Shown here piece by piece: positions 33,182 to 41,609 of a stretch of DNA of 64,000 bases. The stretch comes from Dokdonia donghaensis DSW-1 (lineage in GTDB: Bacteria > Bacteroidota > Bacteroidia > Flavobacteriales > Flavobacteriaceae): assembly GCF_001653755.1 (NCBI RefSeq), contig NZ_CP015125.1, forward strand, positions 3,092,194 to 3,156,193, given 5' to 3'. A program made the translations under genes and the position numbers. How positions within the stretch are numbered: position 1 is the stretch's first letter; each line of letters begins with the position of its first letter. The notes beneath the pieces were generated by a model, which worked only from the letters and a program-made list of their open reading frames with translations, was not told the origin of the DNA and did not search any database.

Positions 33182-36100
33182 ATGGCAAACGAAACTCCAG
33201 ATATACAACCTAAAGCAACGCAAACTCTTGACGGCGGCACCTATGAGATTATACAAGGTAGACTGCAAAAACAAAAAACCGACTTACAACAGCGGTTACA
33301 AGAACTTAACGAGGAGCGTAAAAATGTTTTTGGTTCACTAGAAACAAAGCTCATTGCAAATGACCGTATCAATACAGAAAATAACTGTATTGCACGTGAT
33401 ATTGTATCGCTTAAAAACCTGTGTTTGTTTGGCTACAATGTGCATTTTGGACTACGCACAGACATACACCTAGGAGATGTTTTTAGTGCCTATGAGTTTA
33501 AAGACAATCGTTTTGAACCTCGTGATCTTTCACTTTTACAAGACGACACTTTTCTACTAGACTTTGCAAACCTCTACAAGTATTACCGTAATACCATCTT
33601 TTCAAAGTTTGCGATTATAGGTAACTACCTGTATATGGTATTTCAGCTTAGTGATAGTGTTACAGATATTAAAACATTTAAGTGGCTCATAAAAGAAGAT
33701 ACGTTACAGTATGTAGATAACCGTAGTGAGCACGAGTACCGCTTCCCACAGCAACACGATTTTAAGTGGCAAGAGGCTACGCGTGATATGCACCGTTATG
33801 GTGAGCACGCTCACGTATCTATTTTAGATAAGGTGTTTGTAGAGACTATAGGTGGTGATCTTACCATAAAAATAGAAGATAATACAGACCAAGGTAAAGG
33901 AATACTAGATGAGCCGGTAGAGCTTATAGACCAGACACTAGATGACGGTCAGTATCGCTATGCAGATCTGGGCAACCTACTTGCACTAGAGATTAAACCC
34001 TTTCAAGAAGAACCTCGCTATTTTGTATTTAATAACAAACTAAAGGAAGTTCAAAAAATACAGAGTGTAAAGGACACCTGTGTCTTACTTCCAGATGATC
34101 AAGGTATCATTTTCCCAACAGGCTACTACTTACAAACAGGAGAATACAACATTTTTGACAATGCCATCCCAAATGTAAAATTTCAGCAAAAGGTGAGTTC
34201 GCCTAACGGGGAGGACTTTTTATATGTCTTTTACTCGCCAGAAGAGGCGCTGTACAACTTGATGTCATATAATGTGATTACTCAAGAGATAAAAACTCCT
34301 ATTATCTGTAATGGTTTTACCGTATTGCAAGATGGGCAGCTATGCTATTTTAGAACCGAAAATGAGCAAACCAAGCATCACGTGATACAGATCTGGCAAA
34401 CCCCATTTTTAAAGGGTGACTATATGCCTTCTCAGCACGAAGACACCTTGCTTTACAAAATAGGAAATAAGGATATTGTAAAAGCAATGGCAGAGGTTAA
34501 TAGCCTCATCACACTGCTCAACAAAGAAGATAATTACGACGGCCTGTATAGCGATATTGCTAAGTTCTCAAAAGATATACTTGATGCTTACTACTGGCTT
34601 CCAGAAGCAGAAACCAAGCAACTCAACGTACCACTTGCAGAAATAAATGGTGCTGCAAATGCAGCTATAGATGAGTTTCAAAAAGTAGTACAGCTCAAGC
34701 GCAACGCTGCCAAACAGACTAAAGAAGTTGAGACCAAAGCCTCTGAGATTTTTGGCAAAATAAAAAGCACCTCTTTTAAGTCTATTAATGATTTTGTGGC
34801 GCTGCTCACACAGTTGCGATCATTACGTGGAGAGACCATCTCGCTTAATGATATACGGTATGTAGATCCCACTTTCGTAAAAACGCTAGAGGAAGAAATT
34901 GCTGTGCAAACACAAAAAATTTCTGAGAAGTGTGTACAGTTCTTACTAGATGACAAAGCGTTAAAACCGTATCACGATGCCGTAGCCGAAAAGAAACAGG
35001 CGATGGATGGCATCAAGAAAGTAATTGAAGCCAAAAAGCTCGAAGAAGAAGTAAACCAGATTGCAACAGATCTTGAGTTACTTATCGACATTGTTTCAAA
35101 CCTTGATATAGAAGACACCTCCCACTCTACTAAGATAATTGATGATATCTCGCTCATTTTTGCAACTATCAATCAGTTAAAGGCTGGGATTAAGAATAAG
35201 AAAAAATCACTGGGAAGTGCAGAAGCACAAGCCGACTTTGCTGCCCAATTGAAGCTTATTGATCAAAGTATCATAAACTACCTAGATATTGCCACCACGC
35301 CAGAAAAGTGTGATGAGTTCCAGACTAAAATCTCTATCCAGCTAGAAGAGCTAGAAGGAAAGTTTGCAGACTGGGATGAGTTTATCACACTTATTATTGA
35401 AAAGCGCGAGGAAGTGTACGGAGCTTTTGAAGCACGTAAAAACGCACTGATAGAGAAGCGCAATAAAAAGGCAATGGCATTAAAAAATGCCTCAGAACGC
35501 ATTTTAAAAGGCGTACGTAAAAAAGCCGAAAGCTTTAAAACAGCCTCTGAAATAAACGGATACTTTGCCGCAGACCTTATGATTAATAAGGTACGCGATA
35601 TCATACAGCAACTTAAAGAGCAAGAAGATACCGGAAAGGCAGAAGAGATTGAGACTGGACTTAAAACAGCTCGTGAAGATGCGCTGCGCAAGCTCAAAGA
35701 CAAACTAGATCTCTATGAAGATGGAGATACGGTAATACGACTTGGCAAGCATAAATTTGGTGTAAACAAGCAACCGCTTGACCTCACTATTGTGCTCAAA
35801 GACGGCGCGCTTAACTATCACCTCACAGGCACCGATTTTTATCAAGAACTCTCAAACGAGACCCTTCTCGCCTCTCGCGATATCTGGGATCAAGAATTTG
35901 TATCAGAAACTAGCGAGGTGTACCGCAGTGCCTACCTAGCTTATAAATTATTTAATAAACTAGACAAGCACACGCTACTAGAAGCTGGTGATGATGCGCT
36001 ACTTGCGATAGTACAAGAAGAAAGCCGCAATGATTATGCAGAGGGCTATGTAAAAGGTGTGCACGATGTAGACGCGACTAAAATTTTAAAGGTACTCGTA

Positions 36101-38059
36101 CACAAACACAACGAACTAGGACTACTCACCTACGCCCCAGAAATTAGAGCATATGCTCAGTATTTCTGGAACAGCATTGACCCAACTACTCAAAAAACGC
36201 TTAACCAGTCTATAAAGGCTTCGGGAGAGGTGTTGCAGTTTTTTCCAGATGCAAAGGAGTACCAATTTATCGTTGAGACGTTAAGTGAGGAGATACACGC
36301 TTTCGCGAAAGCAGAGTCCCTTTTCTCACCCGATTTAAGTCAGACCATTGCGACCTACATCTTTGATGAGCTTCAAGGTGACACAGAGTTTGTGCGTAGT
36401 AGTGTTGCGGTGCGTTTAAAAGACGCTTTCGCGAAAGCGTTAAAACAACAACAGGCAGATCTTAAGTTTAAGAAAAGTTATGAGTCACTCCCTAGCTTAA
36501 AAGGGAAAGTACAGCTCGTAAAACAGTGGGTGACGGCATTTGTACGCACCCAAGAAAGTCTTACCGATGTGCGCTACGTAGATGAAGTGGTGTGTTTACT
36601 ACTCTTTGAAGATGAGTCGGTTTTAAAAACAAAAGCGGCTTCTCCAAATGAAAAAATCACTGGCTTAAGCGGTGATCACAGCACGATAACCGATGGTGTT
36701 TTCAACTTTAACTACCACGACTTTACGGCAAGGCTCAACTTATTTGTAACAGATCAAGTACCTGCATTTGAAACATTTAAGAAGGCAAAACATACGGTTA
36801 CAGAAGAGTTAAAAGAAGCTTTGAAACTGGACGAATTTAAACCAAGGGTTCTTACATCCTTTGTGCGTAATAAGCTGATTGACCAAGTGTATTTCCCATT
36901 GTTTGGTGATAACCTCGCAAAGCAATTAGGAACCGTGGGTGATAATAAACGTACCGACCGTATGGGTATGTTGCTCCTCATCTCACCACCTGGATACGGA
37001 AAAACCACCCTGATGGAATATATCGCAAACCGTCTAGGACTCGTTTTTGTGAAAATTAACGGCCCAGCGATAGGTCACGAAGTTACGTCTGTAGATCCAG
37101 AAAGTGCTACAAATAGCGCTGCTCGTGAAGAGCTCAAAAAACTCAACGTCGCTTTTGAAATGGGGAATAATGTGATGCTATATCTAGACGATATACAGCA
37201 CTGTAATCCTGAGTTTTTACAAAAATTCATCTCCTTATCTGACGGTACACGTAAGATAGAGGGTGTGTACAACGGGAAGTCAAAAACCTATGACCTACGT
37301 AGCAAGAAATTTTGTGTGATAATGGCGGGTAACCCATATACAGAGAGTGGAGAGAAATTCCGCATACCAGATATGCTTGCAAACAGGGCAGATATTTATA
37401 ACCTGGGAGATATTATAGGAGATACTGAACACCTGTTTAAATTGAGTCTTATTGAGAATTCGCTCACTGCAAATGCGCTATTGCAGCAGTTAAGTAGTAG
37501 TCATTTTGAGGATGTGTATACCTTAATAGACCGCATAGAAAATGGGACGCAAGACAGTCAGCTCAAAGGAAATCACACCGCGCAAGAGGTAGCAGATTAT
37601 ACAAAAGTACTAGAAAAGGTAATCACCATACGTAACACAGTACTTAAGGTTAATGCAGAATACATACGCAGTGCCGCGCAAGAAGATGCCTATCGCACAG
37701 AGCCGTCTTTTAAACTTCAAGGGTCATACCGTGATATGAATAAACTAGTAGCCAAAGTGGTTCCCATTATGAATGACACTGAGCTTGCGACATTGCTCCT
37801 ATCACATTATGAAAGTGAGTCACAAACTCTCACTTCAAGCGCAGAGGCAAACCTCTTAAAATACCGCGAACTCATAAATGCGCTAGATGAAACGCAGCAA
37901 CAGCGCTGGAACACGATGAAAGAAACCTTTGTAAAAAATAATAAACTCAAAGGTTTTGGTGACAAGAACGAGATGGCACAAGTACTCTCTCAAATGATGG
38001 AGTTTACCGAGAATCTAGAAGGGATAAAAAAGGCGCTTGAGAAGGGGTTGGAGAAATGA
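33182..38059 (+). CDS. Giant (1625 aa) protein with a C-terminal AAA+ ATPase module; N-terminal region has no recognisable domains
   Basis: Single uninterrupted ORF. Walker A LLLISPPGYGKTTL (about residue 1260). Walker B VMLYLDDIQH. Sensor-1-like CVIMAGNPY. Arg-finger-like RIPDMLANRADIY, resembling MoxR/dynein/chelatase-type (AAA_5-like) ATPases. The N-terminal 1200 or so residues are partly coiled-coil. Two internal copies of the AFAKA palindrome. Confidence 0.8.
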   Translation: MANETPDIQPKATQTLDGGTYEIIQGRLQKQKTDLQQRLQELNEERKNVFGSLETKLIANDRINTENNCIARDIVSLKNLCLFGYNVHFGLRTDIHLGDVFSAYEFKDNRFEPRDLSLLQDDTFLLDFANLYKYYRNTIFSKFAIIGNYLYMVFQLSDSVTDIKTFKWLIKEDTLQYVDNRSEHEYRFPQQHDFKWQEATRDMHRYGEHAHVSILDKVFVETIGGDLTIKIEDNTDQGKGILDEPVELIDQTLDDGQYRYADLGNLLALEIKPFQEEPRYFVFNNKLKEVQKIQSVKDTCVLLPDDQGIIFPTGYYLQTGEYNIFDNAIPNVKFQQKVSSPNGEDFLYVFYSPEEALYNLMSYNVITQEIKTPIICNGFTVLQDGQLCYFRTENEQTKHHVIQIWQTPFLKGDYMPSQHEDTLLYKIGNKDIVKAMAEVNSLITLLNKEDNYDGLYSDIAKFSKDILDAYYWLPEAETKQLNVPLAEINGAANAAIDEFQKVVQLKRNAAKQTKEVETKASEIFGKIKSTSFKSINDFVALLTQLRSLRGETISLNDIRYVDPTFVKTLEEEIAVQTQKISEKCVQFLLDDKALKPYHDAVAEKKQAMDGIKKVIEAKKLEEEVNQIATDLELLIDIVSNLDIEDTSHSTKIIDDISLIFATINQLKAGIKNKKKSLGSAEAQADFAAQLKLIDQSIINYLDIATTPEKCDEFQTKISIQLEELEGKFADWDEFITLIIEKREEVYGAFEARKNALIEKRNKKAMALKNASERILKGVRKKAESFKTASEINGYFAADLMINKVRDIIQQLKEQEDTGKAEEIETGLKTAREDALRKLKDKLDLYEDGDTVIRLGKHKFGVNKQPLDLTIVLKDGALNYHLTGTDFYQELSNETLLASRDIWDQEFVSETSEVYRSAYLAYKLFNKLDKHTLLEAGDDALLAIVQEESRNDYAEGYVKGVHDVDATKILKVLVHKHNELGLLTYAPEIRAYAQYFWNSIDPTTQKTLNQSIKASGEVLQFFPDAKEYQFIVETLSEEIHAFAKAESLFSPDLSQTIATYIFDELQGDTEFVRSSVAVRLKDAFAKALKQQQADLKFKKSYESLPSLKGKVQLVKQWVTAFVRTQESLTDVRYVDEVVCLLLFEDESVLKTKAASPNEKITGLSGDHSTITDGVFNFNYHDFTARLNLFVTDQVPAFETFKKAKHTVTEELKEALKLDEFKPRVLTSFVRNKLIDQVYFPLFGDNLAKQLGTVGDNKRTDRMGMLLLISPPGYGKTTLMEYIANRLGLVFVKINGPAIGHEVTSVDPESATNSAAREELKKLNVAFEMGNNVMLYLDDIQHCNPEFLQKFISLSDGTRKIEGVYNGKSKTYDLRSKKFCVIMAGNPYTESGEKFRIPDMLANRADIYNLGDIIGDTEHLFKLSLIENSLTANALLQQLSSSHFEDVYTLIDRIENGTQDSQLKGNHTAQEVADYTKVLEKVITIRNTVLKVNAEYIRSAAQEDAYRTEPSFKLQGSYRDMNKLVAKVVPIMNDTELATLLLSHYESESQTLTSSAEANLLKYRELINALDETQQQRWNTMKETFVKNNKLKGFGDKNEMAQVLSQMMEFTENLEGIKKALEKGLEK
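36299..36312. repeat. Iterated palindrome core inside the giant gene (encodes AFAKA)
   Basis: The protein reads HAFAKAESL. Confidence 0.9.
36423..36440. repeat. Iterated palindrome copy inside the giant gene (encodes AFAKA), 124 bp from the previous copy
   Basis: ACGCTTTCGCGAAAGCGT. The protein reads KDAFAKALKQ. Confidence 0.9.
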
Positions 38060-38109
38060 TTTTAAAAACATCTCCCCTAACCCCTCTTTGAAGAAGGGAA
38101 TACTCACGA

Positions 38110-38144
38110 TACTTTTTAATTTTGCTTTGCAAAATTAAAAAGTA
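38110..38144. other. Perfect AT-rich stem-loop (14-bp stem, 7-nt loop) downstream of the giant gene
   Basis: tactttttaatttt-gctttgc-aaaattaaaaagta. Flanked by two related shorter hairpins (CCCTCTTTGAAGA(A)GGG at about 38081-38098 and 38161-38178) and a distal inverted pair catctccc/gggagatg. Confidence 0.6.
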
Positions 38145-38294
38145 TCAAACCACAACAGTGTCCCTCTTTGAAGAGGGAGTCAGGGAGATGTCCGCGAAGA
38201 GGAGATAAAGTCACAAAATGTGAGATATCCGCAAAGAATCACAAACAAAAAACGACAGCTCTCGCTGTCGTTTTAAATATATAAATTTTCGATT

Positions 38295-38678
38295 TTACAA
38301 ATCTTCTGGAGATGTTACAACAGTAATTCCCGTCACACAGTGCTCAATCATATCTCTTGGGAAATTTTTGATTTCTCCACTTCTTGTTTTTATAAAGTCG
38401 AGGTCTTGACTAAAATAGCAAGTCCCATCAATTTGCAGAAAATCAAAAACAAAATTTTTAAATTCCTGATCAATAGAGGGTCTATGTAGCGAAAGTTGAC
38501 TGAAATTATCTTTGGTAAAAGTTCCACTTTCAAATAAATCTCTGTCAGCTATGAGTTCTATTTCAGATGAAGTTTCTCTAATACTACCATATTTCGAAAA
38601 ACCATTCTTGATATCATCAACAGCAATTTTTGCTGGCTCTCCATCTTTGAACTTCCCAATAAAAACAGTATAACTCAT
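38295..38678 (-). CDS. Hypothetical cytoplasmic protein
   Basis: 127-aa ORF with no motifs. 5 nt downstream of trxB on the same strand. Confidence 0.4.
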   Translation of the reverse strand: MSYTVFIGKFKDGEPAKIAVDDIKNGFSKYGSIRETSSEIELIADRDLFESGTFTKDNFSQLSLHRPSIDQEFKNFVFDFLQIDGTCYFSQDLDFIKTRSGEIKNFPRDMIEHCVTGITVVTSPEDL

Positions 38679-38682
38679 TGAT

Positions 38683-39681
38683 TTAAGCTTTCACCTCATC
38701 CACATAAGTAGAGCCTACTCCTGGCTCATCTTGTGGAAGCTCGTCTTTTGACGCTAGGTAACGCTCTGCATCTAGTGCAGCCATACACCCTGTTCCGGCA
38801 GCGGTAATTGCTTGACGGTACACGTGATCTGCTGCATCTCCAGATACAAATACGCCTGGTACGTTTGTTTTAGAAGTTCCTGGTGTATTGATGATATATC
38901 CAGTCTCATCTAAATCTAAGTAGTCCTTAAAGATATCTGTGTTAGGCTTATGCCCTATCGCTACAAAAAATCCTGTTGCTGGGATATCGTGCTCCTCACC
39001 GGTTACATTATTCTTTACTCTTGCTCCTGTTACTCCTACATCGTCACCTAGTACCTCAACGGTTTCTGTGTTAAAAAGGATCTCAATGTTTTCTGTTTTC
39101 TGTACACGAGCAGCCATAATTTTTGATGCTCTAAACTCGTCACGACGTACGAGCATTGTTACTTTCTTACATAATTTAGAAAGGTAGTGTGCCTCCTCAC
39201 AAGCGCTATCTCCAGCACCTACAATTATGGTTTCTTGCCCACGGTAAAAGAATCCGTCGCAAACGGCACAGGCAGATACACCTCCACCCATTTTTAAATA
39301 CTTCTGCTCAGAAGGTAATCCTAAATATTTTGCACTCGCTCCTGTAGATATAATCACAGACTCTGCGTGTATTTCCTTTTCTCCGTTGATCCACGCTTTG
39401 TGCACATCTCCAGAAAAATCTACTTTAGTCACCCATCCGTCACGTACATCTGTATCAAAACGCTGTGCTTGTTTCATTAACTGCACCATCATTTCTGGTC
39501 CAGTCACACCATCTACATAACCAGGGAAGTTCTCCACCTCATTAGTAGTGGTAAGCTGTCCTCCTGGCTGCTGCCCTTGGTAAAGAACTGGTGCCATATT
39601 TGCACGTGCTGCATAAATTGCTGCGGTATATCCCGCTGGTCCTGAACCTATGATAAGGCATTTTACTTTTTCTACTGACAT
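38683..39681 (-). CDS. trxB: Thioredoxin-disulfide reductase
   Basis: FAD motif IIGSGPAGYTAA, redox CAVCDG and NADPH motif GAGDSACEEA. Confidence 0.92.
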   Translation of the reverse strand: MSVEKVKCLIIGSGPAGYTAAIYAARANMAPVLYQGQQPGGQLTTTNEVENFPGYVDGVTGPEMMVQLMKQAQRFDTDVRDGWVTKVDFSGDVHKAWINGEKEIHAESVIISTGASAKYLGLPSEQKYLKMGGGVSACAVCDGFFYRGQETIIVGAGDSACEEAHYLSKLCKKVTMLVRRDEFRASKIMAARVQKTENIEILFNTETVEVLGDDVGVTGARVKNNVTGEEHDIPATGFFVAIGHKPNTDIFKDYLDLDETGYIINTPGTSKTNVPGVFVSGDAADHVYRQAITAAGTGCMAALDAERYLASKDELPQDEPGVGSTYVDEVKA

Positions 39682-39697
39682 ACTGTATTATTTTTAA

Positions 39698-39711
39698 GCT
39701 TTCGCGAAAGC
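39698..39711. repeat. Iterated palindrome core 17 nt upstream of the trxB start codon
   Basis: GCTTTCGCGAAAGC in the 5' leader/promoter region of trxB. Confidence 0.9.
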
Positions 39712-39964
39712 GTAATAAACACTTTTACAATCGCACAATTCTTATTTATATCTTCCTTACAAAAGTAGGTTTTACAAGCCAAACCTTACAATCAAGTTAT
39801 CAAGAAAACGAATGGCTTTATCACCAAAAGTGATATAATTCATCACGAGCTTACTCTTGCATAGATTAAAGATAAGATTCTAACCTCTAACACGTGTTTT
39901 CAAATTGTTAATACATCATAGAGTGTGGTGATAATTCTGTAATTTGCCGTTAAAATCTGATACT

Positions 39965-41080
39965 ATGAAAAGTCGTTTTACTTATATCTTATTGTTACTT
40001 GTTGCAAGTGTGGCTTGCGCGCAAGAAACTAGAGAAAATGATGTCACACTAACCTCAAACCTAGATTACACCTATGAGGTTATTGTTCCAGAACTTACAA
40101 ACCCTTGGGGACTAGCTGTATTGCCAGATGAGTCTATGCTTATCACTGAAAAAAGTGGAGAACTCATACACTTTAAGGATGGCAAAAAAACAATGATTAC
40201 TGGTGCTCCAGAGGTGGTGACGCGTAATCAAGGTGGTTTACTTGACATACGCTTGCATCCAGATTATGCGACTAATGGCTGGATATACATCACGTACTCA
40301 TCACCAGAAGGCGATGAAGATGGGGCGATGACAGCACTTATGAGAGCAAAATTAAAAGACGGCGCGCTTACCGAAAAGAAGGTATTATATAAAGGAAGCC
40401 CAAATACGAGAAAGGGACACCACTTTGGGAGTCGTGTGCGTTTTGACAAAGATGGTTATGTGTACTTTTCTATAGGAGATCGTGGTGCTAGGGATGAAAA
40501 TCCGCAGGATATTACTCGTGATGGAGGAAAGATTTATAGACTTAATGCAGATGGAAGCATCCCTGCAGATAATCCTTTTGTAGGTAAAGACGGAGCAAAA
40601 GAAGCTATCTTCTCTTATGGACATCGCAATCCGCAAGGAATGACGGTGCATCCTAAGACAGGTAAGATATGGATACACGAGCACGGACCTCGTGGTGGAG
40701 ATGAGATTAATATCCCTGAGGCTGGTAAAAACTTTGGGTGGCCAGTAATCTCATACGGTATTAATTACAGCGGAACTACGTTTACAGAAATTACAGAAAA
40801 AAAGGGAATGAAGCAGCCAGTGTATTACTGGGTTCCTTCTATCGCTCCTTCTGGGATGGCTTTTGCAAATAATACTGGTGATGCAAAACTTGATGGCAAC
40901 CTATTAATAGGTTCGCTTAAATTTGAATACCTAGAACTTGCCATTTTAGAAAATGACAAGGTGGTTGCTCGTGAAAAGTTACTAGAAGATGTAGGTCGTG
41001 TGCGTAATGTGATTAATCACAATGGCACTATCTATGTAGGTGTAGAGGGCAAGGGAATCCTTAAACTAGTTAAGAAATAA
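39965..41080 (+). CDS. PQQ-dependent sugar (glucose/sorbosone) dehydrogenase, secreted
   Basis: Signal peptide. GSDH-family beta-propeller motifs (LTNPWGLAVLPD, IYRLNADGSIPADNPF, GHRNPQGM). The ORF-track start at 39944 is probably an N-terminal extension. Confidence 0.78.
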   Translation: MKSRFTYILLLLVASVACAQETRENDVTLTSNLDYTYEVIVPELTNPWGLAVLPDESMLITEKSGELIHFKDGKKTMITGAPEVVTRNQGGLLDIRLHPDYATNGWIYITYSSPEGDEDGAMTALMRAKLKDGALTEKKVLYKGSPNTRKGHHFGSRVRFDKDGYVYFSIGDRGARDENPQDITRDGGKIYRLNADGSIPADNPFVGKDGAKEAIFSYGHRNPQGMTVHPKTGKIWIHEHGPRGGDEINIPEAGKNFGWPVISYGINYSGTTFTEITEKKGMKQPVYYWVPSIAPSGMAFANNTGDAKLDGNLLIGSLKFEYLELAILENDKVVAREKLLEDVGRVRNVINHNGTIYVGVEGKGILKLVKK

Positions 41081-41505
41081 TGAAGCTACTTATAAGTTTA
41101 TGTACGGCAGGAGTTAGTGTGTTTTTATTTTTCGCGAAAGCGGAAAAAGAAGTTTACACCTCTCAAGACCCACTTGCAGAATCTATAGAACGTGGTGCAG
41201 AGGTATACCAAGACTTTTGTATACAGTGTCACCTAGGTAAGGGAGAAGGTGTAGCAGGAACTTTCCCGCCCCTTGCCGGATCAGACTGGCTCACAGAAGA
41301 TCGCTATAAAGAAGCCATAAAAGCTGTAAAATATGGACAGCAAGGCCCTATTACCGTAAATGGTGTTGCATATAATGGTGTGATGGCAAACCTTGAACTT
41401 TATGAAGATGAGGTGGCAGATGTAATGAACTACATTATGAATAGCTGGGGCAATAAACAGAAAGGAATGATTACTGAAGAAGAGGTGAAAGCGGTGACAG
41501 AATAA
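41080..41505 (+). CDS. Class I c-type cytochrome
   Basis: Heme-binding CIQCH. Signal/TM N-terminus. 1-nt overlap with the PQQ dehydrogenase gene (probable electron-acceptor partner). Confidence 0.75.
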   Translation: MKLLISLCTAGVSVFLFFAKAEKEVYTSQDPLAESIERGAEVYQDFCIQCHLGKGEGVAGTFPPLAGSDWLTEDRYKEAIKAVKYGQQGPITVNGVAYNGVMANLELYEDEVADVMNYIMNSWGNKQKGMITEEEVKAVTE

Positions 41506-41609
41506 TATCAACACGTAGAAAGCTTAGGTAGTGAATTAAGATTTTTTAGTAAAGAATTGGCTTTTAGTACGACAAAAAAGCGCTAACTTTTTGTGAAAAA
41601 GAAAATACT

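Noticed and set aside
34678-35703. Minus-strand ORFs inside the giant AAA+ gene
   Set aside because: Antisense to a long uninterrupted plus-strand ORF with clear ATPase motifs. Compositionally biased.
28029-38290. Prophage, ICE or integrated mobile element explanation for the XRE/S24-containing locus
   Set aside because: No integrase, recombinase, transposase, tRNA target or direct-repeat att sites are visible. GC content and codon usage look like the flanking housekeeping genes.
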